A stretch of 64,000 bases of DNA from Pseudomonadales bacterium (GCA_963663395.1 OY760226.1:3608325-3672324), one strand, 5' to 3'. Positions 45,303 to 54,378 are shown, counted from the stretch's first letter. The notes: generated from the letters alone by a model not told the origin. Program-made: numbers and translations.

Positions 45303-46502
45303 ATGGTTGACCTGTGCCCGGACGACACCCCGGAACTAAAGGCGTGGCGCCACGAGGTTCGCGACTTCCTCGAAAAAGCGCTGCCCGAGCCCTGGACTTT
45401 CTGGTACGACTACGACGAGAACCCCGAGTCCTGGGACCGCTATCTCGCCTTCTGGCGCCAGGTAGGAAAGAAGCGGTGGACAGCCCTGACCTGGCCCGCC
45501 GAGTACTACGGCCTCGGCCGCCCGGCCATCGAGAAATGGATCCTGGAAGAAGAGTTCGTCAACCACGATGTGCCCACTTACCCGGTGATCGGCATGCACG
45601 TCGCCGGCTACCTGTTGCGCCTCGGCACCCACGGACAACGCCGGCGCCACCTGAAGGGCATCGCTGACTCCACCGTGCTCTGGGGCGAGGGGTACAGCGA
45701 GCCAGGTGCGGGGTCTGACCTGGCACGGCTGACCACCAGGGCGCACCGCGACGGCGACGACTGGGTGATCAACGGCCAGAAGACTCTCGGCACCGCTGCC
45801 CACTTCTGCCAGTGGATGTCGGTCCTGGCGCGCACCGACCCCGACGCGCCGCGGCATGCGGGCATTTCCTGTTTCCTGGTGCCGCTGGATGCCCCGGGCG
45901 TCGAGATGCTGCCCCTGGACAACATGGCGGACGGCCGCCAGAACATGACCTACTTCGATGACGTGCGCGTACCGGCGGACAGCCTGCTCGGCGATGAGAA
46001 CCAGGCATGGACGCAGATCTGGTTCGGCATGGGCGGCGAACGGCTCGACAACGCCGGCCCCAGCTTCGGCCCCCACGCCATGCGCATCGTGCCACTCTTG
46101 AAACGGGTCATCCGCTACTGCACCCAGACCACCCGCGGTGGCCGTCGTCTCGCCGACGACCCGGTGGTGCGCCAACAGCTCGGCGAACTCATGATGGGTG
46201 TGGAGGCCATCAAGCTGCAGGCCTATGAGATGTACGGCAACGCACGATCGGCCAGGCCGAACCGGTTCGGCGAGGCGTCGATGCACATGCACCAGGCCGT
46301 ATTCAAGGAATTCTGGCCGCACCTGGCGCAGGTGTGCATGGAAATCGTCGGCCCCATGGCGCAGATACAGGGCGGCCGATGGGCGCAGCTCAACGGCGAC
46401 ATCGAGCACTACTTCAGAGCCTCGTTCGGCAACCACGCCGGCGGCACATCGCAGCTCAAGCGCATGGTGCTGGCCACCCGCGGTCTCAACCTGCCGCGCT
46501 GA
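45303..46502 (+). CDS. acyl-CoA dehydrogenase (FadE-like, large subunit of pair)
   Basis: 399 aa. Motifs: LWGEGYSEPGAGSDLARLTT, DGDDWVINGQKTLGT, MGGERLD and HAGGTSQLKRMVLATRGLNLP. Confidence 0.9.
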   Translation: MVDLCPDDTPELKAWRHEVRDFLEKALPEPWTFWYDYDENPESWDRYLAFWRQVGKKRWTALTWPAEYYGLGRPAIEKWILEEEFVNHDVPTYPVIGMHVAGYLLRLGTHGQRRRHLKGIADSTVLWGEGYSEPGAGSDLARLTTRAHRDGDDWVINGQKTLGTAAHFCQWMSVLARTDPDAPRHAGISCFLVPLDAPGVEMLPLDNMADGRQNMTYFDDVRVPADSLLGDENQAWTQIWFGMGGERLDNAGPSFGPHAMRIVPLLKRVIRYCTQTTRGGRRLADDPVVRQQLGELMMGVEAIKLQAYEMYGNARSARPNRFGEASMHMHQAVFKEFWPHLAQVCMEIVGPMAQIQGGRWAQLNGDIEHYFRASFGNHAGGTSQLKRMVLATRGLNLPR

Positions 46503-46517
46503 AATCGGGAAAACGCC

Positions 46518-47654
46518 ATGGGCATCGATCTGCAACTCAGCGAAGAGCAGGAACTCATCGGCACTACGGCCAACGAGTTTTTCGGCAAATACTGCCCGCC
46601 GGAACTGGTGCGCGAATACGAAACGGGCGCATCGGACTTCCCCGGGGAACTCTGGTCACGGATGGCCGAACTGGGCTGGCTCGGCATGCCGTTCCCGGAA
46701 CGCCATGGCGGGCTGGGCCTGGCCATGCTGGACATGGTTCCGCTGTACGTCGAACTCGGCCGGCACCTGGTGCCCTGCCCGCTTCTCGATACCGCCGCCC
46801 TTGCCGGCGGTCTCATCAGTGCCCTCGGCAGCGAGGACCAGAAAAAAGAGCTGCTGGGGGGCATTGCCCGGGGCGAGTCCGTGATTACCCCCGCCATCAT
46901 GGAGCCCGACGGCGGTTACGGACCCGAGGCCGTGCAGCTCGAAGCCAGGCCCGACGGATCGCAATTCGTGCTAAGCGGCACCAAGGTGCTCGTCGCCTGT
47001 GCGCGCTCCGCGGACAAGCTGCTTTGCGCTGCCCGCACGGCAACCCATGCGAACGGTAACGGCATTACCCTGTTCCTGGTCGACCCCCGGGCAGCCGGCG
47101 CAACCATCGAGCGCATGCCCAACATTGCCGGCTACCCGCTGTATGCGGTTACGTTCGACCGGGTGTCCGTACCGCGGGAAGCCCTGGTCGGCGACCCTGA
47201 CGCGGCATGGCCGACCCTGTACGAGACGACGATGAAAGCCGCGGTATTGCAATCGGCGATGGTGGTCGGCGCTGGCGAGCGCGTACTGGCAATGACCACC
47301 GACTACGCCAGGGAGCGGGAGCAGTTTGGCCAGGCCATCGGCAGGTACCAGGCGGTGCAGTACCTCTGTACCGACATCGCCATACACTGCCACTGGACCC
47401 GCCTGCTCACCCTGCAGGCCGCCTGGCGCATCGACTCCGGCCGGCGCTTTTTCCGCGAGGCGGCGCTTGCCAAGGCTTCCGCCAGCCGCGGCGCCGCCGC
47501 CATGACCTTCGCCGCCCACGAGGTGCATGCCGGCATTGCCTTTGTCGTCGATTACGACCTGCAGCTATACACCCGCCGCGCCAAGCACTGGGAATACAAC
47601 CTGGGAGACCTGCGCTACCACCTCGACCGGGCCTGCGCGGAAAGCGGCCTGTAG
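46518..47654 (+). CDS. acyl-CoA dehydrogenase family protein, small/degenerate partner of a pair
   Basis: 378 aa. Motifs: LWSRMAELGWLGMPFPERHGGLGL, REQFGQAIGRYQAVQYL and VHAGIAFVVDYDLQLYTRRAK. It has IMEPDGGYG instead of SEPxAGSD, and no Glu at either base position (VLQSAMVVG, EYNLGD). Confidence 0.85.
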   Translation: MGIDLQLSEEQELIGTTANEFFGKYCPPELVREYETGASDFPGELWSRMAELGWLGMPFPERHGGLGLAMLDMVPLYVELGRHLVPCPLLDTAALAGGLISALGSEDQKKELLGGIARGESVITPAIMEPDGGYGPEAVQLEARPDGSQFVLSGTKVLVACARSADKLLCAARTATHANGNGITLFLVDPRAAGATIERMPNIAGYPLYAVTFDRVSVPREALVGDPDAAWPTLYETTMKAAVLQSAMVVGAGERVLAMTTDYAREREQFGQAIGRYQAVQYLCTDIAIHCHWTRLLTLQAAWRIDSGRRFFREAALAKASASRGAAAMTFAAHEVHAGIAFVVDYDLQLYTRRAKHWEYNLGDLRYHLDRACAESGL

Positions 47655-47665
47655 AAAAAGGCCGC
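47644..47665. terminator. weak stem-loop at a convergent gene junction (7-bp stem GCGGCCT/AGGCCGC, 8-nt loop containing the ACAD stop codon)
   Basis: Read directly from AAAGCGGCCTGTAGAAAAAGGCCGCGTT. It lies between the + strand ACAD end (47654) and the - strand P450 end (47743). There is no clear U-tract, so confidence is low. Confidence 0.25.
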
Positions 47666-47742
47666 GTTGCCTGAATTCAGAGTACGAACCCGCCTGCCGC
47701 TCAATCGCGTGCCGGTTTCTTTGGCCATCCTGCTACAGGCGA

Positions 47743-48966
47743 TCAGACATCCCACACCAGGGGCAGGCTGCCGAGGCAGACCAGGCCACCGTCGTAGCTG
47801 AGTTCTACGCCCTCCTGCAGGCGAAACGGCGGCACGCGCTCCAGCATCTGGGTTACCGCGATACGCAGTTCGCGGCGCGCCAGGTGCGACCCGGCACAGC
47901 GATGCACGCCGGCGCCGAAACCGAGGTGAGGGTTCGGCGCCCGGCAAAAATCGATCCGCTCCGGGTCGGGGATGGTCGCCGGGTCGTGGCTGGCGAAGTA
48001 GGTTGCGCACATGACAAAGTCGCCCTCGCGCATCTGCACGCCATGAAACTCGTGATCACGGGCCAGTACCCGGCTGGTGTTGATCCAACTGTGAAAACGC
48101 ACCAACTCCTCGATGGCGTCAGGGATCAACCCGGGGTCATCGCGCAGCCGCTGCTGCTCCGCGGGATATTCGGCGAGGTAGCGGAACACATGGCCGAGAC
48201 CGGCCGTGACCGTATCGAGGCCCGCCAGGAACAGCAGGAAGCCCATGTCCTCCAGCTTGTCCTGGGCGATGGGCTCGCCGTCAATGCGCGCCTTGACCAG
48301 CTGGCTCAGCAGGTCATCGCCGGGGTTCGCCCGCTTTTCTTCCGCCAGCTCGGCGATCATCGCTGCGACCTGCACCCCCGCGGCCTGTCGTTCTTCGGTA
48401 GTTTCGCCGTGAAACATGGTGCGCTCCCATTTCGAGAACTGTTCCCGCCGCTCGAGCGGGAACCCCACCAGTTCCATGAGCGCGATGATCGGAAACACGC
48501 GCGCGTACTCGACCATGAAGTCCACCGAACCGCGCCCGGCAAATCCGTCGATGATCTCGGCGGAGAGTTTTCTGAGCGGTTCTTCCAGGCCGTTGATCAT
48601 CTTCGGCGAGAACTCCGAGGCCAGGAGCTTGCGATACTTGGTGTGCTCCGGCGGGTCGAGTTCCAGGGGAACCAGCTTTCTAGGCCACGCGGTCGTCCCG
48701 CCGCCCACGACAATGCGGCTGGAAAACAATTCGCCGTTCTGGAAGACCTCGCGCATCAAGCCGGCCGTCTGCACCACCCAGGTGCCCCCGGCCCGGCTCG
48801 GCCGCCAGTCTCTGGGCAGATAGAAAAGGTCCGGCGCCCGTTCGCGCATTCGATCGAGAAGCGCGTAAGGCGACTTCAGTTCTTCCAGGGGATACTCCGG
48901 TTCGAAGTCGTAGACAAGCTCCGGCGGTACGTGGTCAGGAATTGTGTACGCTGCGATCTCAGCCAT
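47743..48966 (-). CDS. cytochrome P450
   Basis: Lies in ORF 47743..49062. Start ATG 48966 follows GGGAGG (MAEIAAYTIPDHVPPELVYDF). Motifs: I-helix LFLAGLDTVTAGL, EELVRF, and Cys loop HLGFGAGVHRCAGSHLARRE. Confidence 0.92.
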   Translation of the reverse strand: MAEIAAYTIPDHVPPELVYDFEPEYPLEELKSPYALLDRMRERAPDLFYLPRDWRPSRAGGTWVVQTAGLMREVFQNGELFSSRIVVGGGTTAWPRKLVPLELDPPEHTKYRKLLASEFSPKMINGLEEPLRKLSAEIIDGFAGRGSVDFMVEYARVFPIIALMELVGFPLERREQFSKWERTMFHGETTEERQAAGVQVAAMIAELAEEKRANPGDDLLSQLVKARIDGEPIAQDKLEDMGFLLFLAGLDTVTAGLGHVFRYLAEYPAEQQRLRDDPGLIPDAIEELVRFHSWINTSRVLARDHEFHGVQMREGDFVMCATYFASHDPATIPDPERIDFCRAPNPHLGFGAGVHRCAGSHLARRELRIAVTQMLERVPPFRLQEGVELSYDGGLVCLGSLPLVWDV

Positions 48967-49119
48967 GCATGCCTCCCGTATAATTTCTTCCCTTGGGATT
49001 AAGTTAACCCATTCACACTGGCTTGCCCACCATCCGGTCGGCGGCTCGAGTCCGCCAGCCAATGCATCCGCAACAACGATGGGCTATAAAGGCCGATTGC
49101 TGAACCAGGAGATTGGAGC

Positions 49120-49905
49120 ATGGACAAGATCGGCGATGTCGCCATCGAGATTCACGATCACGTGGCGCTGCTGGAAATCCAGCGGCCACCGAATAACTTC
49201 TTCGACGAAGATCTGATCAACTCCCTGGGAGACGCTTTCGATCTCATGGACGAAACCCCGGAGGTACGCGCCCTGGTGTTGGCCGCCCAGGGCAAGCACT
49301 TCTGCGCGGGCCGCAATTTCGCAAGCCCGGAAACGAAGCGCGCCAGTGAAAAGCGCCCCGAGGGGTGGGGCAACGACCTGTATTCCGCCGCGGTGCGGCT
49401 GTTCGAAGCCAAGAAGCCCGTGGTCGCAGCCGTACAGGGCGCTGCCGTCGGCGGCGGCTTCGGCCTCGCCGTCATGCCCGACTTTCGCGTCGTCAGCCCC
49501 CAGGCGCGCTTCACCGCCAATTTCGCCAAGCTCGGTTTTCATCCCGGCTTCGGGCTCACCCACACGCTGCCCAGGCTGATTGGCCAGCAGAAGGCAAACC
49601 TGCTGTTCCTCACCGGCCGGCGCATCAACGGCGAAACCGCCTATGAGTGGGGCTTGGCCGACATTCTTACCGACGCCGATTCACTGCGCGGCCGGGCCAT
49701 GGAATTCGCCGCCGAAATCGCCGAGAACGCGCCGCTGGCCCTGTTGTCCATCCGCAAAACCATGCGCGAAGGGCTCGCCCAGAAGGTGCGCGAGCAGACC
49801 GACAAGGAGTGGGAAGAACAGCGCTGGCTGCAGTCGACCAATGACCACCAGGAAGGCCTGAAGGCAGTAGCCGAGCGGCGCGTCGGCAACTTTACCGGCA
49901 CCTGA
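49120..49905 (+). CDS. enoyl-CoA hydratase/isomerase family protein
   Basis: 261 aa. Motifs: VALLEIQRPPNNFFDEDLINSL, HFCAGRNF and VAAVQGAAVGGGFGLAVMPDFRVVS. Confidence 0.9.
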   Translation: MDKIGDVAIEIHDHVALLEIQRPPNNFFDEDLINSLGDAFDLMDETPEVRALVLAAQGKHFCAGRNFASPETKRASEKRPEGWGNDLYSAAVRLFEAKKPVVAAVQGAAVGGGFGLAVMPDFRVVSPQARFTANFAKLGFHPGFGLTHTLPRLIGQQKANLLFLTGRRINGETAYEWGLADILTDADSLRGRAMEFAAEIAENAPLALLSIRKTMREGLAQKVREQTDKEWEEQRWLQSTNDHQEGLKAVAERRVGNFTGT

Positions 49906-50064
49906 CCGGTCTATTGCATGAAAATTTTCCCAGCCGCGGCGGGGCGCTGACCTGCAGGGAACGACGGCGGATTGTGGGATGAGACTGGGCGTGCGGTGCC
50001 CGATATCACGACAAACGAATTTCGTTGCGAGTGAGGTCGGTGGCGGTGCCGGCCAGCAGCGCTG

Positions 50065-51237
50065 TCACGCCATCACGAGCCCCGATTTCATCTGTTCAAC
50101 GGGCAGCGATCGCTCGATCATGCCGTAGGCCGACTCTTCGCCCCAGGTATACAGCGCCCCGCCCTGATGAAACGGCAAACCCCTGTCGCGATCGCGGGGC
50201 CAGTCGCCGAACATGGGAGCCCCCACCGCAACATACGTGGAATCGTGGGTTTTCCCCGTGATGCGGGTCTGACCTTCGTCGGTTTCAAGTACCACGTCCA
50301 CGGGGCCGCCATGCGCCACGAATTCCGTCATCCAGGGCGCTTCAACGAGCTTTGCGTATACCTTGCGCCGACCGTCGAAAACAAAGCCTTCACTGTATGC
50401 CGGCGTGCCGTCGGAGCGCGGCGGGAATGCCATAATGCCGAACGCCCTGCCGCTCGGAAACAATGCCGACTGCCAGCAGTGCCCCGGAAACTCGCCAATA
50501 TTACGCACGCCAAACCGGCGAATCTTCAGGCCGGTGCCGGTGAAGGCTTTCTCCGTTTCGCCGTCGACGGCAAACCGGCCGCTGCACCGGAACAACTGCT
50601 CGTGCCGGTGCCCGTCCACGGCGCCTACCGCATTTACGGTGGCATGGTCGCCAATGCGGACTGCCTGCTCGCCGGGTGTCCAGGGCGGCACTGCCATCAC
50701 CGCATCGACTTCGATGCGTAGGCGACGCACCGGTCCTCCCCTTTCGCCCATGACCTGACGCGCGATGGTGGTCTCGTAGGCATCTCCGTCAAACGTCATG
50801 CGCCAGTGCCGGAGCGGCTCGAGCACCTCGAACGTGAGCGGGCCCGCGTTCAGCGTCACCGCTCGCCCCTGCACCAGCCTCGCCGGCGCCGGCGCAAATC
50901 CCCCTGAACCGATCAATACCCGTCCATCCGGAAAAGCGACGTTCGCTTCCACGCCCCGGTTTTCCCAGGCCCCGGCCACCGCTTCGATACAGAACCGGGG
51001 AAAACCGAAGCGGCCCGCGTCGTCGGAAATCCACATGGAGACGCTCTCGCGCATGGCCGGATCGTCAGGCTTTTCCGGAAGTAGATAATCCAGTGCCGGA
51101 TCGTACCCGCCGCTCAATTCCAAGCCGGTCGGTTTCGCTGCGATTGCCCGGCCAGCCACCGCGGGCCACCCCCACAACAACGCCGCGCTACCCACTGCCC
51201 TGACACCGAAACCCAGGCTCACCCGCCGACTCAACAT
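50065..51237 (-). CDS. hypothetical protein with a twin-arginine-like signal peptide
   Basis: Lies in ORF 50065..51327. I prefer ATG 51237, preceded by GGGAG. The N-terminus MLSRRVSLGFGVRAVGSAALLWGWPAVAGRAIA|AKP looks like a Tat leader. The beta-rich body (GTGLKIRRFGVRNIGEFPGHCWQSALFPSG) loosely recalls AttH/CrtC-like lipocalin-fold proteins, but that is not verifiable here. Confidence 0.6.
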   Translation of the reverse strand: MLSRRVSLGFGVRAVGSAALLWGWPAVAGRAIAAKPTGLELSGGYDPALDYLLPEKPDDPAMRESVSMWISDDAGRFGFPRFCIEAVAGAWENRGVEANVAFPDGRVLIGSGGFAPAPARLVQGRAVTLNAGPLTFEVLEPLRHWRMTFDGDAYETTIARQVMGERGGPVRRLRIEVDAVMAVPPWTPGEQAVRIGDHATVNAVGAVDGHRHEQLFRCSGRFAVDGETEKAFTGTGLKIRRFGVRNIGEFPGHCWQSALFPSGRAFGIMAFPPRSDGTPAYSEGFVFDGRRKVYAKLVEAPWMTEFVAHGGPVDVVLETDEGQTRITGKTHDSTYVAVGAPMFGDWPRDRDRGLPFHQGGALYTWGEESAYGMIERSLPVEQMKSGLVMA

Positions 51238-51238
51238 G

Positions 51239-51376
51239 CTATCGATTCTCCCTCGCTCGACCAGCTCCCGGCGCCGCCACCTCGTCGCCGCACCAGTTGA
51301 CGATGTTGGCGGGCACGGGCGCAGCATCGAGCAGATTGCTGGCGCCGGTCGCCAGGATCTTTTCCCCAGTGATCAT
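51239..51376 (-). CDS. candidate small ORF (45 aa) between the sulfotransferase and the Tat-signal protein
   Basis: My own translation is MITGEKILATGASNLLDAAPVPANIVNWCGDEVAAPGAGRARENR. ATG 51376 lies 16 nt after the sulfotransferase stop, with GGAG 9 nt upstream. The stop TAG lies 1 nt before ATG 51237. By my count GC3 > GC1 > GC2 (about 76/65/54%). It is below the ORF-track length cutoff. I recognise no family. Confidence 0.35.
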   Translation of the reverse strand: MITGEKILATGASNLLDAAPVPANIVNWCGDEVAAPGAGRARENR

Positions 51377-51392
51377 CTTGTCTCACTCCATG

Positions 51393-52595
51393 TCAGTCAG
51401 CCACGCTGTCCGCAAGCAGGTCTCCGAAGCGCGCACGATACTCCAGAAATCGATCGGGCAGGTTCAGAGCATCGATGTCGAACTCTGCCGGGTCGTAGAT
51501 GTGTTTGCCGTGGCCCGTGCTGCGGCGCTTGTTGATGTGTGATTTCAGCCGCTCGTCAAAGGCCGCCGTCCACGGCAAGTCGAAACGATCGTAGATACGC
51601 CGGACGGTTCCGACCGGATCGCGCACCAGGTCCCGGTAGGCAATGTCGAGGAAGCGCGATTCCACGTCCGGATCCTCACGGCTCGCCACGCCACGCTGCA
51701 ATGCGGTGCCGAAGTGGTAAAGCACCGAGCGGGCAATCGATTCGGGTTCCAGAAGATCGGCAATATCCGGTAAGCGCGCCCGGCGCAAAGCCCGAATCAT
51801 GTTCGCAAGTGACGCCACCATCTTCGCCGGCTCACGGTGGGTCTGTACCAGGCAGGCATCGGGATAGGCGGCGAGCAAATCTTCGAGCATGAGCAGATAG
51901 GGCGGCGACTTCAGCACCCAGCGTCCCTTCGGTCCTTTCCACTGCAACTGTTGCAGCACCCGTCGATGGATGTTCATCGCTTCCGGGGCGGGCGCCTCCG
52001 TGTGCCAGCGCAGGTAATCCGGCACGTCATACGACGCCCAGAAATTGGAGCTCGCGAAATGCAGCTGCGTGATGGCGTTGCACTCAGCCGGCACGGTGGC
52101 GCCAAAGGGATGCATGGTGGCGAGTTCCGGCACCGCCTGGAGCATGGCATCGAATCCGGCCTGGGTCCGGCGGATACGGGGGTCGGTCGCAAAGGTGGCA
52201 AGCTCCGGTGCCGGCCAGGGCGCCGCCGCTTCCCAGGTGAGCGGCGCCCGCGCACCTGGGTCCAGTGCCAGCAACTCGAACAGCCAGGTGGTGCCGGTGC
52301 GCGGCAATCCCAGCACAATGAGCGGACGACGAACCTCGCCACGCAGAATTTCCGGCTGTTGCCTGGCGTCTTCTTCGAGTTGCAGCCGCGTGGCCAGCAG
52401 TTGCGTGACCTGCGCCGCCACCGCTTCGCGCAGTGCCGCGGCGAACGGCATGGCCTCTACCGCGTCGACGAGCCGGTCAAGGCCCTCCTCGAAGGTGCGG
52501 TCGACGCCCCAACGCGAAAGCCCCGAATCCTGCTCCGCCTGCGCCATCAGCGCCGCGCGGTCGAGCCCGGGATGTCGGCCGGCGTCACCTGCCAT
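51393..52595 (-). CDS. sulfotransferase family protein (PAPS-dependent type)
   Basis: Lies in ORF 51393..52628 (TTG 52628; I prefer ATG 52595). 5'-PSB-type loop LIVLGLPRTGTTWLFELL; also WVLKSPPYLLMLEDLL and THREPAKMVASL. Confidence 0.82.
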   Translation of the reverse strand: MAGDAGRHPGLDRAALMAQAEQDSGLSRWGVDRTFEEGLDRLVDAVEAMPFAAALREAVAAQVTQLLATRLQLEEDARQQPEILRGEVRRPLIVLGLPRTGTTWLFELLALDPGARAPLTWEAAAPWPAPELATFATDPRIRRTQAGFDAMLQAVPELATMHPFGATVPAECNAITQLHFASSNFWASYDVPDYLRWHTEAPAPEAMNIHRRVLQQLQWKGPKGRWVLKSPPYLLMLEDLLAAYPDACLVQTHREPAKMVASLANMIRALRRARLPDIADLLEPESIARSVLYHFGTALQRGVASREDPDVESRFLDIAYRDLVRDPVGTVRRIYDRFDLPWTAAFDERLKSHINKRRSTGHGKHIYDPAEFDIDALNLPDRFLEYRARFGDLLADSVAD

Positions 52596-52743
52596 ACGCC
52601 GCGACCACCACCAGGCTCGGCCTGACAATCGTGTGACTTGAGAGCTTGCGCATCATCCCTCCCCGATTCGAATTATCTTAATACGTTGACTAACTGGTAG
52701 CCATATCGCCTAATTGCCGGCACTGGTCGGCGGAGGCCGGGAG

Positions 52744-54009
52744 ATGACCGAACCGCGTACAACGGAGGTGGTGCGAATCACCGACGAGACCCTTGAGCGC
52801 ATGCGCGAACGCGTGGGAATTGAGGTGCCGGAACCGCGCCGCTATCACAACGACGTGGTGACCCAGGACGGCGCCCGCCACTTTGCCTGGGGTTACGGCG
52901 ACGACAACCCGCTGTACTGCGATGCCCAATATGGGCGCGGCACGCGCTGGGGCGGGCTAATTGCCGCGCCAGCCTTCTCCTACACCATGGGCGAAGACGA
53001 CGTGGCGCCGTTGTCGGGCGACATGAAGCGCAAGATGAAGGGCGATCCCCTCGCCGGCCTCGGCCTCTACCAGGCCGAGATGCAACTCGAGTGGTGGCGG
53101 CCCCTGCGCGAAGGCGACCGCTGTTTTCTGCGCAAGGCACAGGTGGGCACGCGGCTCACCGAAGGGCGCACCGGCAGCAAATCGATACACGAGGTACGCG
53201 GCATATTTCAGCGCAACCAGAACGGCGAACCGGTTGCCATGCGGCGTGGAACCTTCTTCGCGACCGAGCGCGATCCCGACAGCGGCAAGCGCCGCAAGAA
53301 AACCGACCCCCCAGCCCCCGAACCCTACTCCCAGGCCGAAATCGACGCCATCGATGCCTGCTATGACGCCGAGGCCGATTCCCGCCGGGGTGCCGAGCCG
53401 CGCTATTGGGAGGATGTCGCGGTCGGGGAAACCCTAGGGCCCATGGTCAAGGGGCCGCTCAAGCTTACCGACATCATCCTGTGGCACATGGGCTGGGGGA
53501 TGCACATGTCGCCGCCCGGCGCCTTCCGCATGACCCGCGATGTACGCAAGAAGATCCCGGGCATGTTTCCCAAGGATCCGATGGGCATTCCCGACACCGT
53601 CCAGCGCTGCCACTGGCAGGCGGACTGGGCGCAACGGCTGGGCTTTCCCGCCGCCTACGACTACGGGGCCCAGCGGGAGGTGTGGTTCACCCATCTCATC
53701 AGCGACTGGATGGGCGACGATGCCTGGCTGTGGAAACTCACCGCCAAGCACCACAAGTTCAATTTTCACGGTGACACCAGCTGGATGACCGGCGAGGTGA
53801 CCGCCAGGGAGGATCTGGACGGTCATAAGGCCGTGCACATCAACCTGACGGCGACCAATCGCGCCGAGGAAATTTCATCCTCCGGCCACGCCGTTGTGCT
53901 GCTTCCTTCTCGAGCGGGCGGACCCATCGACCTTCCCGCTCCGCCGGCCCCGGACCTGAGCAGCCTGATCGCCCACCAGGTGGCCGAATACCGCAACACG
54001 TTCGGCTGA
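52744..54009 (+). CDS. fused double hot-dog MaoC-like (R)-specific enoyl-CoA hydratase/dehydratase
   Basis: Lies in ORF 52714..54009. ATG 52744 follows GGAGG. The N half (VTQDGARHFAWGYGDDNPLYCD...) and C half (GPLKLTDIILWHMGWG...FNFHGDTSWMTGEVT) each look like a MaoC/hot-dog module, joined by a basic linker (DPDSGKRRKKTDPP). Confidence 0.7.
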   Translation: MTEPRTTEVVRITDETLERMRERVGIEVPEPRRYHNDVVTQDGARHFAWGYGDDNPLYCDAQYGRGTRWGGLIAAPAFSYTMGEDDVAPLSGDMKRKMKGDPLAGLGLYQAEMQLEWWRPLREGDRCFLRKAQVGTRLTEGRTGSKSIHEVRGIFQRNQNGEPVAMRRGTFFATERDPDSGKRRKKTDPPAPEPYSQAEIDAIDACYDAEADSRRGAEPRYWEDVAVGETLGPMVKGPLKLTDIILWHMGWGMHMSPPGAFRMTRDVRKKIPGMFPKDPMGIPDTVQRCHWQADWAQRLGFPAAYDYGAQREVWFTHLISDWMGDDAWLWKLTAKHHKFNFHGDTSWMTGEVTAREDLDGHKAVHINLTATNRAEEISSSGHAVVLLPSRAGGPIDLPAPPAPDLSSLIAHQVAEYRNTFG

Positions 54010-54022
54010 CCGCGCTGCAGCA

Positions 54023-54378
54023 ATGCCAACGCAGACCAAGGTGGTGGTCGTCGCCGGCGCCAGTTCCGGAATCGGGCTGAGTGCCTGCAGACAGTTCGCG
54101 GAACGTGGCTATCGGGTTGCAGCGGGGGCACTCGACCCCGACGCCGCGGCGCTGCCCACGTGGCACTGCGCGCGCAGTACGACGCATTGATGGCCGCCGG
54201 CGAAGGTCGCGAGCAATCGCCCGATGACGCGGCGGCCTGCATCGTGGCGGTGGCCGAAGAGACGGAACCCGGGCTTCGCTATCAGACCTCCCGGTTTGCC
54301 ACAAGGCTGGCCGCGATCAAGGTGGCCGACCTCGACGGTGGAGCGGTCAGCGACTTTACGGCCAACTGGTTCACCTGA
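54023..54378 (+). pseudogene. SDR remnant: Rossmann N-terminus (~45 aa) joined out of frame to a C-terminal ~70 aa, core deleted
   Basis: From ATG 54023: MPTQTKVVVVAGASSGIGLSACRQFAERGYRVAAG, then a stop at about 54190. ORF 54160..54378 (SPDDAAACIVAVAEETEPGLRYQTSRFATRLAAIK) looks like the tail of classical SDRs. The total is only ~120 aa, against ~250-280 expected. Confidence 0.65.
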
